A program made the position numbers and the translations under genes. Shown here piece by piece: positions 19,275 to 30,998 of a stretch of 64,000 bases of DNA. The notes under the pieces are model-generated. The model had not been told where the DNA came from, did no database searches, and saw only the letters and a program-made list of their open reading frames with translations. How positions within the stretch are numbered: the first letter of the stretch is position 1; every line of letters starts with the position of its first letter. The DNA comes from Polyangiales bacterium (GTDB lineage Bacteria; Myxococcota_A; Polyangia; Polyangiales; Polyangiaceae): contig JBBRNJ010000010.1 of the NCBI GenBank assembly GCA_038230375.1, positions 1 to 64,000 of the forward strand, in the 5' to 3' direction.

Positions 19275-20959
19275 CGCAGAATGCCGCCGGCGACCCGCGC
19301 GCGCTCTTCGCTCACGCGCAGCAGTGCGAGCAAGGCGGGCTGTTCGCCGAAGCGGTGCGTGGCTACCTGGCGGCAGGCGCAGTGGAGCACGCGGCGCAGG
19401 TGCTCGCACGCACGGGACGCTTCTTCGACGCGGCGCACCTCCTGTTGTCTCTGGTGCGGGGCGATCCCGCGGCAGACCCGGAGTCCGCGCGGCTCGCACG
19501 GAACGCGGCGGCGTGCCTGGCGCACGGTGGTGACCGCGAAGGCGCCTCCGAGATCATGCGGCGGCTCGAGAACGTGCAACGCATCTCCGTCAATCCCAGC
19601 GGGGTCGCCGTTCGCAAGGACATCGGCGTAGGAGCGCCGGCGCTGCCAGAGTCGGCGAACGCAGAGGCCTATCGTGTTGGCGCGACCAAGATCCGCGCCG
19701 GAGCCTTTCGCGAGGGGCTCGACGCTCTCGTCACGATCTCGCAGTCCAGCATTCACTACCGGAACGCTTGCTCGTACGTGATCCACGCCAGCTGCAAGCT
19801 GCTCGACATCTCGTTTGCCGTGGACAACTTCGTCGCGCCCTTCGCGCGGACGGATCCGCGAGACATGAACGAAGCACAGGCACTGGTCGCGCTCGGCGGG
19901 CTGTATGCGCATCACGGCTTCGTCGAGGAAGCTCGAGAGACCTACGAGCGCGTCCTGCGGTTGACGCCTCAAGACGCTATCGTCCGGAAGAAGCTCGCCG
20001 AGCTCTCCGTTCCCGAGGCGCCCGTGTCAATCCACTCACTCGAGGAGTCCGTGAGCTTCTGGGCGGAGCACAAGCCCGAACAGAACGCCTCGGAGACCAC
20101 TCCGATCTCCACCAAGGTGTTTCGCGCGCCCTTGAACGCCATTCGCCCCGGTGTGCTCATCGCCAATCGCTACGTTGTCGAGGAGGAGCTGGGGCGCGGT
20201 GGAATGGGCGTGGTCTTCGCCGCCACCGACAAGGACCTTGGCGAACGTGTAGCGATCAAGTCGTTCCTGAATCGCGTCGACGATCCGAACATCATCGCGC
20301 GGTTCAAGCAGGAGCTCAGCGTCAGCCGGAAGCTCTCGCACGACAACATCATCCGGTTGCACGACATGGGCGTCCACGATGGGCGCCTCTTCCTCACGAT
20401 GGAAATGTTGTCGGGAAGAACGCTGAAGCAGTGCATTCCGGAGATGGGCTTTCGTCAGCGCCTCGTGACGTTGGGCCAGCTGGCCGTGGGTGTGTCGGCG
20501 ATTCATGAGCGGGGCGTCGTCCACCGCGACCTGAAGCCGGCGAACATCTTCATCACGGAGCAGGGCGTTCTCAAGATCATGGACTTCGGCCTTGCGAAGT
20601 TCACCAGCAGTGCCGTCGAGGGTCTGACCAACTCTGGCTTCGCCGCGGGGACGCCGGGCTACATGCCGCCAGAGCAGGTCATGAGCTTCGGTAGCGTCGC
20701 GAGCACCGCCGATACGTACGCAGTCGGCGTGATCGCGTACGAGATGCTTGCTGGACACCGTCCGTTCCGACATGCGGACGTCTCGCAGATCATCCGCCTT
20801 CAATTCACGACGGACGCGACCAGCATTCGCGCGGAGGTGCCGGATGTACCGGAAGCTCTGGACGAGCTGGTCCTCAGGATGCTGAGCCGTGAGCCCGACC
20901 AGCGTCCCGCCGTGAGCGCGCTGGACTCCGCGGTTCGAGCCATCCTGGCCGTGCGCTGA
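19271..20959 (+). CDS. TPR-containing cytoplasmic Ser/Thr protein kinase
   Basis: N-terminal TPR-like helices; LGRGGMGVV, VAIK, HRDLKPAN, DFG, GTPGYMPPE; ATGA coupling. Confidence 0.92.
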   Translation: MTQNAAGDPRALFAHAQQCEQGGLFAEAVRGYLAAGAVEHAAQVLARTGRFFDAAHLLLSLVRGDPAADPESARLARNAAACLAHGGDREGASEIMRRLENVQRISVNPSGVAVRKDIGVGAPALPESANAEAYRVGATKIRAGAFREGLDALVTISQSSIHYRNACSYVIHASCKLLDISFAVDNFVAPFARTDPRDMNEAQALVALGGLYAHHGFVEEARETYERVLRLTPQDAIVRKKLAELSVPEAPVSIHSLEESVSFWAEHKPEQNASETTPISTKVFRAPLNAIRPGVLIANRYVVEEELGRGGMGVVFAATDKDLGERVAIKSFLNRVDDPNIIARFKQELSVSRKLSHDNIIRLHDMGVHDGRLFLTMEMLSGRTLKQCIPEMGFRQRLVTLGQLAVGVSAIHERGVVHRDLKPANIFITEQGVLKIMDFGLAKFTSSAVEGLTNSGFAAGTPGYMPPEQVMSFGSVASTADTYAVGVIAYEMLAGHRPFRHADVSQIIRLQFTTDATSIRAEVPDVPEALDELVLRMLSREPDQRPAVSALDSAVRAILAVR

Positions 20960-20978
20960 GCCGCAGGCTTGCGTCGCT

Positions 20979-22367
20979 CTACTTCTCGACGACGATACCC
21001 GCCCAGGTGTGCGACATCTTCGTCGGGCTTGCGATGCTCGACGTGATGACGAAGGGGTGCGCGCCGCCTGCAAGCCCGAGCGCGGTCTTCACGGTGATGG
21101 TGAGGTGGATCTTCTCGCCGTTGGTGCCGCTCGGGCGATCGAACGCGAAGTCCATCGTGGGTGCCTGCTGAAGCAAGCGCGCGATCGGGTCGGTGGCCGT
21201 CAGCGTCCACGGGCCGCTCGTCGCCGCGTCGCTGAAGAGATCGAGCTCGATGGTCTTGGTGCTGCCGACCGGGATCACGATGCCCTTGGTCTTGAACGTT
21301 CCGCCGAGCGCTGCCGCAGTGAAGCTCACGTTCTGGGTGAGCACGGGCGCGCTCTGGAAGTACGGAATGCCGGCGATGGCGGGCGAGCACGGGTTGTGGC
21401 TTCCGTTCGCGAGCACGTTGGACCAGCCGCGCTGCACGAGGAAGGGCAGGTCCGCAGGCTTGTAGAACGCGTTCTGGTCGGAGACGCACAGGTCACCGTC
21501 TTCGCCGCCCCCGCCGAGGATCTCCCACGCCAGGTGCTCGGGATCGATGCTGGAGTACGCGGAGTCTTGACCCATGTTGGTGCTGGGGAACGGATCGGTG
21601 GAGGCCTCGATCCATTCGTGGCTCGTCGCGCCGGTCACGCCGTCGAGCACGGTCTCACCGGCCGTTGCCTTGCACGTGGGGAGCACTGCAAACGCGTAGT
21701 TCACGGGCGGGCCGGCGTCGCCGACCACCACGGGCGTGTCGCTGTGGTAGCCGCCGAAGGATGTGCAGCTCGCGCTGTTGCCGAGCGGGCCGCCCATCAT
21801 CGTGATGGAGGTCGTGGACGGATAGTAGATCGTATAGATGACGTTCGGGTCGGGCGTGCCGAACGTGCCGTTCGCGATCCGCTCGTTCATGAACGCCTCC
21901 ACCGCCGTGTCGGCGATGGTGGTGGGCGGAGTCGCGTCCGGGCCGGAGAGCTCCGTCATGCCGGCGTACTCGAGCGCGCCCACGCCGTACTCCGATGTGG
22001 CCGGTCCCCAGTAGGATGACTTGCCGATGGTCTGGGCCATCGTGGTGATGTCCGCCTCGAACGGGTAACCCGGGAAGAAGACCAGGTGCACCTTCGGCGT
22101 GGCGAGCACCTTGCCGCCCGCCTGGTTCACGAGCGATGGCATCGCCGGGTGCGGCGCGGGATACATGGTCGAAGGCGCGCCGTTGTCCACGTCGGGGCCC
22201 GCGTCGGGCGTAGGGCCCGCCTCCGTGTCGCTCCCGTCCGTGCTCGCGTCGGCGGGCGTGTTGCTGGTGGCCGTGCTCCCGCAGCCCGCAACGCTTGCGA
22301 GCGCCGAGAGGGGAAGGGCACATCCGAGCGCGAGGAGGATCGAGGCGCGTGAGAGTTCGAGCGTCAT
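20979..22367 (-). CDS. Secreted lipoprotein with Phi-1/EXORDIUM-like domain
   Basis: VAGC lipobox; GGYHS, SHEWIEASTDP, GDLC, VQRGWSN motifs. Confidence 0.7.
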   Translation of the reverse strand: MTLELSRASILLALGCALPLSALASVAGCGSTATSNTPADASTDGSDTEAGPTPDAGPDVDNGAPSTMYPAPHPAMPSLVNQAGGKVLATPKVHLVFFPGYPFEADITTMAQTIGKSSYWGPATSEYGVGALEYAGMTELSGPDATPPTTIADTAVEAFMNERIANGTFGTPDPNVIYTIYYPSTTSITMMGGPLGNSASCTSFGGYHSDTPVVVGDAGPPVNYAFAVLPTCKATAGETVLDGVTGATSHEWIEASTDPFPSTNMGQDSAYSSIDPEHLAWEILGGGGEDGDLCVSDQNAFYKPADLPFLVQRGWSNVLANGSHNPCSPAIAGIPYFQSAPVLTQNVSFTAAALGGTFKTKGIVIPVGSTKTIELDLFSDAATSGPWTLTATDPIARLLQQAPTMDFAFDRPSGTNGEKIHLTITVKTALGLAGGAHPFVITSSIASPTKMSHTWAGIVVEK

Positions 22368-22625
22368 GTTGGAGGTGTGTATACATCGTGTATCCTCGCG
22401 CGCAAGGCGAAATCGCCATCTGGGCGTGTGCAGCTATCCGCTGCCGCCCCACCGCCGCGGAAGCCCTGCATTCGGGGCAGTGTTGCAGAGTCGGGGCACT
22501 TTGGCGCCCTACCACGCGGAGCAGGTGGCGCTTCCGCGTCGACTTCGTGTGGTGCATCTGCTGCACGGGCAGTCGACATCGGACGAGCCAGCTCCGGCAT
22601 GCTCGTTGCGACTGCGCCACGCAGA

Positions 22626-24182
22626 ATGAGAATGCAGCACGCCGCAAGGGCGCTCAGGGCAACTGCATCCGGACTTGCAGCACTCCTTAGCTTGCCCTTG
22701 GTCGTACTGCCTGCGCGCGCGGCGCCGCCTCCCCCGCCCGCGGTGAATCCAGCCGTGCCCGCGGCGCCGCCCGCAGGGAAGAAGCCCGCGGGGAAGAAGC
22801 CCGCAGGGAAGAAGCCCGCAGGGAAGAAGCCTGCGGGGAAGAAGCCGGTGCCCGTGCCGGAGCCGCCGGTACCCGTGCCGGAGCCGCCGGTGCCCGTGCC
22901 GGAGCCGCCGGTGCCCACGCCAGAGCCGCCCCCGCCCGAGCCACCTGCGCCCCCAGCGAAGCCTCCTTCCGCCGGGGCGGATCCGCTCAATTCTCTGAAC
23001 AAGGTGACCACCGTCGAAGACAAGCCGGTCGGTGACGGAGCGCGCAGCGATTTCAACCTTGTTCCGGTCGCCGGCGGTGACACAGACATCGGCATCGGCG
23101 CCGGCTATTTCGCCGGTCTGGTGCGGATGAAGAAGGGCGTCGAGCCTTACGTGTGGAACCTGGAGTCCGCAGCGTTCGTCACGTTCAAGCCGCGTGATGG
23201 CGGTGGCGTGCTGGCGCCCTACCAGGACCTCTTCGTGAAGCTCACGGTGCCGCGATTCCTGGGCAAGGCGGTCAGGCTGGAGATCGCGCCTGAATACAGC
23301 TGGGAGACGCTGTCCTATTACGGCGTAGGCAACGCGTCCTCCGCGCAGAAGCCGGACGGCACGAACGCTCAGTTCTTCGAGTACGTGCGCGTGCATCCGG
23401 TGCTTCCGGTAACCCTCCACCTGCGCGTGTTCGATCACTTCGCGACCACCACCGGTATCGCGTTCACGCAGAACTGGCTGGAGGTCAAGAACGGGACGCG
23501 GCTGGATGTCGACGCCACGAGCAAGGATCCGGAGCTGAAACGCCTGCTCGGCCACGCGCGCGCGGACCATGCGAATCTGTACTTCAAGTACGGCGTGCGG
23601 TGGGACACCCGCAACAACGAGATCTCCCCGACGACGGGCATGTACCACAACGCCGACGTCAAGCTTGCTCCGGGCGGCGAGGCCAGCAAGTTCCCGTACC
23701 GCTACGGACAGACGACGGCGATCTTCCGCGCCTACACCCCGCTCATCAAGGAGCGCCTGGTCCTGGCCGTGCGGCTGGTCGGTGATGTGTTCTTCGGCGA
23801 CGTTCCATTCTACGAGCTCTCGCGGTTTGCAGACACGTACGCGATCGGCGGCGTGAACGGTGTTCGCGGCGTTCCCGCGCAGCGCTATTCCGGCCGCATG
23901 AAGGTGCTCGGTAACGTGGAGCTTCGCGGCCACATCGTGAAGTTCAAGGCGCTAGGAAAGGACCTGGAAGCTGGCGCCGTGGTCTTCCTGGATGGTGGGC
24001 GGGTCTGGGCTGACACGAAGTCCGAGCCGCAGCTGGATGGTTCGGGTCTGGGTCTGAAATACGGCATCGGCACAGGCGCGCGCCTCAGGTCCGGCAACGC
24101 GTTCTTGCTCCGTCTGGACGTTGCCTGGTCGCCGGACGCAACACCCATCGGGGCGTACCTGGCGACCGGTGAGATCTTCTGA
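22626..24182 (+). CDS. BamA/TamA (Omp85) family outer-membrane protein with Pro/Lys-rich N-terminal repeats
   Basis: WDTRNNE..PT.G, VRG, NVELR, FLDGGRVW, LRLDVAW, terminal Phe. Confidence 0.85.
   Translation: MRMQHAARALRATASGLAALLSLPLVVLPARAAPPPPPAVNPAVPAAPPAGKKPAGKKPAGKKPAGKKPAGKKPVPVPEPPVPVPEPPVPVPEPPVPTPEPPPPEPPAPPAKPPSAGADPLNSLNKVTTVEDKPVGDGARSDFNLVPVAGGDTDIGIGAGYFAGLVRMKKGVEPYVWNLESAAFVTFKPRDGGGVLAPYQDLFVKLTVPRFLGKAVRLEIAPEYSWETLSYYGVGNASSAQKPDGTNAQFFEYVRVHPVLPVTLHLRVFDHFATTTGIAFTQNWLEVKNGTRLDVDATSKDPELKRLLGHARADHANLYFKYGVRWDTRNNEISPTTGMYHNADVKLAPGGEASKFPYRYGQTTAIFRAYTPLIKERLVLAVRLVGDVFFGDVPFYELSRFADTYAIGGVNGVRGVPAQRYSGRMKVLGNVELRGHIVKFKALGKDLEAGAVVFLDGGRVWADTKSEPQLDGSGLGLKYGIGTGARLRSGNAFLLRLDVAWSPDATPIGAYLATGEIF
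22770..22928 (+). repeat. Coding tandem repeats: 15 bp x5 (PAGKK) then 21 bp x4 (PVPVPEP)
   Basis: Directly visible in the sequence. Confidence 0.95.
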
Positions 24183-24196
24183 TCCGCGCCGACCGC

Positions 24197-25489
24197 ATGA
24201 TGAGGACCCACAAGGTCGCTTCTCTGATCGCGCTCCTTGGCGTGTCGGTGGTCGCTCGCTCCGTGCGCGCCGACCAGAGTGACGAGCGCCGGATCGTGCG
24301 AATCGCGGAGAAGGTCGAGAAGCCCGAGGTGCTCGACAAGCAGCGCTTCGAGGTCGCGGGATTTCCCATCATCGGCGGCAACACGGACATCGGCGTGCAG
24401 TTCGGCGGGGCGGCAACATTCACGCGCTTCAAGGACGACGTGAAGCCCTACTACTGGAACATCGACGCCGTCGCATCGGCGAGCATGAAGAGCGACTCGA
24501 ACGGGCTGCGCCTCGTGCAGCAGCAACACGTCCTCCGGCTGGATGCACCGGATCTCTGGCACGGCCGTCTGCGCATCGACGCGCGCGCGAACTTTCTCCG
24601 CACGATCAACGCGGGCTACTTCGGGATCGGCAACGCGACGACCGCCATCAACCCGGCAGGCGCCACGGAGCCAGGTCGTCGCTACCAGTACACGCACCAG
24701 GAAGGTCGCCTTCGCACGATCGCGCGCGTGCACACCAGGACACCGATCGATCTCGGGATTGGATTGAATTTGCGGTTCGTGAGCCCCGAGGTCGACTCGA
24801 ACTCCAAGCTCCAGGACGACACCGGCCCTGGCGGCCTGGGTGTCATCGGCACGCGCCCCACGTTCCTCTCCACCCTCACCGTTGGCCCGATGTACGACAC
24901 GCGCGACTCCGAGTTCATCACCAAGGACGGCGTCTTCTACCAGCTCGGAATCGGCGGCACGCTCGGCTCTGCAGAGGGCGCGCGCTACGGGCACACGTCG
25001 ATGGTGCTCGCGCACTACGTTCCTCTGTGGGGTCCGTTCATCTTCGCGAGCCGCTTCGTCACGTCACTGCAGTTCGGCGACGTGCCCTACTACGACATGC
25101 AAGAGGGCGGCGCGTTCGAGCTCCAGAACCTCTTTGGCGGCGAGAACGGCGTGCGCGGCGTGCCTGACGGTCGCTACGGCGGCAAGGCCAAAGCCCTCCA
25201 AAATACGGAGATCCGCGCGATCGGACCTCGCTTCCGATTTCTGGGACAGCGCCTCCGCGCCGGCGCTTCCAGCTTCTTCGACGCCGGCCGCGTGTGGAAG
25301 GACTTCAAGCAGGATCCCGCCGCGGACGGCACCAAGCTAGGACTCAAGTGGGGCGCAGGCGGGGGCATCTTCCTGCAATGGGGTGAAGCGGCCATCTTCC
25401 GCATCGAGGCCGCGTACTCGCCAGATGCCGCGTCGACCAATCCAGCTTTCCCGGTCGGCATCTACGTCGGCGACGGCCTCATGTTCTGA
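24197..25489 (+). CDS. BamA/TamA (Omp85) family outer-membrane protein, paralog of upstream gene
   Basis: YDTRDSE, GVRGVP..RY.G, NTEIR, FFDAGRVW, terminal Phe. Confidence 0.85.
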   Translation: MMRTHKVASLIALLGVSVVARSVRADQSDERRIVRIAEKVEKPEVLDKQRFEVAGFPIIGGNTDIGVQFGGAATFTRFKDDVKPYYWNIDAVASASMKSDSNGLRLVQQQHVLRLDAPDLWHGRLRIDARANFLRTINAGYFGIGNATTAINPAGATEPGRRYQYTHQEGRLRTIARVHTRTPIDLGIGLNLRFVSPEVDSNSKLQDDTGPGGLGVIGTRPTFLSTLTVGPMYDTRDSEFITKDGVFYQLGIGGTLGSAEGARYGHTSMVLAHYVPLWGPFIFASRFVTSLQFGDVPYYDMQEGGAFELQNLFGGENGVRGVPDGRYGGKAKALQNTEIRAIGPRFRFLGQRLRAGASSFFDAGRVWKDFKQDPAADGTKLGLKWGAGGGIFLQWGEAAIFRIEAAYSPDAASTNPAFPVGIYVGDGLMF

Positions 25490-25649
25490 CCGGCCGCACC
25501 CGCGTAACAGCATCGCCTTGGCCGCGATACATCCCGCCAGGCGAACCTTGACGGGCGTCTCGCGCCCAATCCGACGCTGTTTCTGGAAGACGCGAGATGA
25601 GCCACAGGACGGTTTGGGGACGACGATGTTGTCGCGTTGGCGACCGGGG

Positions 25650-25979
25650 TCAGGCGGTGTCCTTCTCCAGCCTTGCGATGCGCTTCTCATGATCGTGTAC
25701 CTGGGTGTGGAGCACGCGTGACTCGCGCAGCTCGTCGCGGACCAAGTGCACGGCGTGGGCGACCGCAACGAGCTCGGTCGCAAGGCGCATCTCGGACTCC
25801 GTCTGCCGTTTCGCGACCACATCAAGGCGGCTACTCAGCTCCGTGCGGACCTCATTCAGCTCCGTGCGAACCTCATTCAGACCGGCGCGGACCTCGTCCA
25901 GACCGGCGCGGAGGTCGGTCCTCGTGGTCTTCAGCTCTTCGCGGATCTCGATCAAGACCTTCGTCGACAGGTCGCTCAT
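25650..25979 (-). CDS. Small coiled-coil hypothetical protein with heptad repeats
   Basis: GGAGG RBS; LDEVRAG/LNEVRTE repeats; HEKRIARLE end. Confidence 0.75.
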   Translation of the reverse strand: MSDLSTKVLIEIREELKTTRTDLRAGLDEVRAGLNEVRTELNEVRTELSSRLDVVAKRQTESEMRLATELVAVAHAVHLVRDELRESRVLHTQVHDHEKRIARLEKDTA

Positions 25980-26111
25980 GATTCACCTCCAGAAGTGTAG
26001 CACCGCGCCCGAGCAACGAGCGTGCCGCGGGCTGGGTCGCGAAATGACCGGCGAAGCCGCGCGGCGACCTGACCACGGTCACCTTCCACCTGGCCATGGG
26101 CACCCGAAGGG

Positions 26112-26158
26112 CGCGACAACGTTGTCGCGTGGCGCGACCATATTGTCGCGTCGAGGCT
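26112..26158. repeat. Tandem palindrome element C, copy 1 (CGCGACAACGTTGTCGCG-N3-CGCGACCATATTGTCGCG)
   Basis: Same element at 61105..61151. Confidence 0.85.
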
Positions 26159-26444
26159 CCCGTCACTTCAGGCTCTTGTGCGCCTTCACCATTGCGCGGA
26201 TGAAGTGCTCCAGCGCGGCGACGGGGATGCTCCGAAAGGAGAGGTAGCCCTCGCGCTCGGTGACAAGGACCTCCTTCAGTGACGCGACGCTGTCGAGCGA
26301 GCGCGTGATGGCCGTGTGCGCGGCGGACCTCGGGCGCTTCTTCGACTTGCCGGTCCCGCGTCGACGATCTCTCCGCCGAGAAGCGCATAGGAGGTCTTCG
26401 GGCCGCGAGGTACTGACAGCTCGACTGCGGCGGATCGGCGCCTT

Positions 26445-27187
26445 GCAGGCAACTGTTGAATGACCTCCGGATGATACAGGCTGTAAGGCGAGACGCCGTA
26501 CTTCTCCAGCGCTGCAGCGTGGGCGGCGTCGTAGGACATGCCACGTCCCATCATCGTCGCCTCGGAGATCTCGTGGAGGTAGAAGTTCGCTTCTGCACCG
26601 GTCACCCGACCCCCAAGCGCACTTTGCAACCGAGCGAGCATCGCCTGGTTCGGCCCGTGTTCCCCGAACTGCGCGAGGTGTTTGGCAGCGATGTCGAGAC
26701 CGTTCTGAGTAACTCGGATGCCTTGCTGCGGCACCCCTCGTGCGGGAGACGGTCCTGCCGCAGAGGCAAGCAAGCCCTTCGCATTGGCCGCATCCCCAGC
26801 TCCACTGATGCCACTGGCCGAGGTCGCAGCGAGCTGTGGAAACGCAGGACGAAGCGAGTCGAGCGGGGTCGAGCTGATGTACGCCTGCTTCAGGTAGTCC
26901 CCGAGCTGGTTCTTTGCCGCCGCGCTGCTCGCGTGAATCACTGCCTCAATGGCCGCGTTCGGCGCCGCGATCGGTCCCGTCGCCACGTCGCTCGCCATGC
27001 CCCAAAGGCCAGCGCCCACGTCCTGCCACGAAACCGCCGGATCTGGCGCCCAGTACTTTCCAGCGTCGTTCGGAAACTCCATCGCGTTGCCGAGGTTCGG
27101 CGCAGTGTCCGACTCCGCGAGCCCAAACGGATCCACCATCCGGCTCGGCCTCCCGCCCACGTACGCATACGGGTTCGCGTCTACCAT
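26445..27187 (-). pseudogene. Orphan Rhs C-terminal fragment (end of core plus truncated toxin tip)
   Basis: NPYAYVGGRPSRMVDPFG matches the Rhs PxxxxDPxG junction; no upstream YD repeats; protein-like sequence appears to end after HPEVIQQLP. Confidence 0.75.
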
Positions 27188-27277
27188 CCCGCCGTGGATG
27201 ACCAGCGGGTCGAGATTTCCCGATGTCGTGCGCAGGCATCACTCCCGCGCGGCCCCGTCGGGGCTTATGTTGCGGGG

Positions 27278-28972
27278 GTGGTAATCCTCCGACTGTTCTC
27301 CAACCTGTTTCGCCTCCTCCTCTGGCCGCTCACGTTCCTGCGATGGATCCAGGCCGTCCCGAAGGATAGCTACCTGTCGCTCACCATCCGCGGTGACGTG
27401 CAGGACATCGTTCCAAAGCGTCGCCTCTGGGAGATGCGGACGCGGCCGGCGCTGTCGCTCCATGCGCTGTCCGAGCTCGTGGACGCGATCCTGGAGGACC
27501 CTCGCATCAAGGGGCTCGTCGTCACGCTGGAGTCGCTGGGCGCTGGGATGGCCACGGCCACTTCGCTTCGCGCGGAGCTCGCGCGGCTGCGTGCGGCGGG
27601 CCGTGAGGTGATCATGGTGCTCCCGTCCGGGGGCGACACGAAGGAGCTCTACATCGCGACCGTGGCGTCTCGCATCCTGGTCGGACCGCAGGCCACGCTC
27701 TCGCCGCTCGGGTTCGCGACCAGCGTGAGGTACGTGAAGGGCGCGCTGGACAAGCTCGGCGTGGTGCCCGACGTGCTCGCGCGCGGTGAGTTCAAGAGCG
27801 CCGGCGAACAGCTGGTCCGCGAGGACATGAGCCCCACGCAGCGCGCGCAGCTCGATGCGATCTTCGACGTGCTCTACGAGGAGCTGCTATCGGCGATCGT
27901 CACGGGACGCGGCCTCACGAAGGAGCAGGCGAAGGAGATCGTGGACGGCGGTCCGTACCGCGCAGAGGCCGCGAAGGCGAAGGGCCTGATCGACGGCGCT
28001 GCGTACGAGGACATGGTCCCGAGTATCGTCGGCACGAAGGAAGAACCCGCAAAGCTCGTGCCCGTGGAGACGTACGTGGGCATTCGCAACGCGCTCCGCC
28101 TCACGCCGCTGCGAAGGCCCGACGCGATCGGCGTGATCTTCGTGCACGGCGCGATCACGATGGCCGGTCCGTCGCCATTCGGCGCGGCCACGGACGAGAA
28201 GCTTGCCTCCGCCATTCGCGCAGCGCGCACGAGCCGTCGCGTGAAGGGCGTCATCCTGCACGTGGACTCACCTGGCGGCAGCGCGCTCGCGTCCGATCGC
28301 ATCCATCACGAGCTCATGCAGCTCGCCGCTGAGAAGCCGCTGGTGGCGTGCTTTGCGAACGTCGCGGCCAGCGGCGGGTACTACGTTGCCGCGGCCGCGC
28401 ACGAGATCGTCGCGCAGCCCACGAGCATCACGGGATCCATCGGCGTGGTCGCCGCGCGCGTGGTCATCTCTCCATTGCTCGCGCGGCTTGGCGTGGTCAC
28501 GCAGACCGTGAAGCGCGGCGCACGCGCGGACATGATGGACCCGTCGCGCGCGTTCACGGACGACGAGCGAGCGGCGCTGAAGGCGGAGATCGAGGGCATG
28601 TACGGCGCGTTCGTCGGCATTGTCGCGCAGGGGCGCAAGCTGCCGGTGGAGGCCGTGGAGAAGATCGCCGAGGGCCGCGTGTGGACCGGCGTGGATGCGA
28701 AGGCGCAAGGCCTGGTGGACGAGCTCGGTGGATTCGACGTGGCGCTCGCACGCACACGCGCGCGCATCGGCGGAGCCCATCCGGAAGATCTCGCGCCCAT
28801 CGTGATCAGGGGCGCACGAAAGGCTGGCGCGCCGCTGGCACCGCCCACCAAGGCCGCGGCGGAGCTCGTGTTGCGCGCGCTCGATCTGGAGGCGTTCTCG
28901 TGGGCGCTCGGCGTGACGGGCTGTGGCGAACGTGTACTCTGCTACTCGAGCCTCGCACGCGCATTCAACTAG
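27278..28972 (+). CDS. sppA: Signal peptide peptidase SppA (S49, two-domain)
   Basis: GEFKSAGE, VDSPGGSALASD, AASGGYY, TGSIGV, AEGRVWTG; start approximate. Confidence 0.92.
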   Translation: MVILRLFSNLFRLLLWPLTFLRWIQAVPKDSYLSLTIRGDVQDIVPKRRLWEMRTRPALSLHALSELVDAILEDPRIKGLVVTLESLGAGMATATSLRAELARLRAAGREVIMVLPSGGDTKELYIATVASRILVGPQATLSPLGFATSVRYVKGALDKLGVVPDVLARGEFKSAGEQLVREDMSPTQRAQLDAIFDVLYEELLSAIVTGRGLTKEQAKEIVDGGPYRAEAAKAKGLIDGAAYEDMVPSIVGTKEEPAKLVPVETYVGIRNALRLTPLRRPDAIGVIFVHGAITMAGPSPFGAATDEKLASAIRAARTSRRVKGVILHVDSPGGSALASDRIHHELMQLAAEKPLVACFANVAASGGYYVAAAAHEIVAQPTSITGSIGVVAARVVISPLLARLGVVTQTVKRGARADMMDPSRAFTDDERAALKAEIEGMYGAFVGIVAQGRKLPVEAVEKIAEGRVWTGVDAKAQGLVDELGGFDVALARTRARIGGAHPEDLAPIVIRGARKAGAPLAPPTKAAAELVLRALDLEAFSWALGVTGCGERVLCYSSLARAFN

Positions 28973-28991
28973 GCATACGCTCGAAGCAGGC

Positions 28992-30887
<1,896 letters not shown>

Positions 30888-30998
30888 TAGAACCGTCCCC
30901 ACTTGCTGTTGGGCTTGGGGTGGGGCCGCCAGGATCGCACACGGGGGAGTGTGATTTGCCGGTGCGTGGTAACCTGCCCCCCCGAAAGAGAGCTCACC

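Noticed and set aside
26456..27277. Long N-terminal extension of SppA in the ORF track
   Set aside because: It is the antisense of the Rhs fragment; SppA-like sequence starts near 27278
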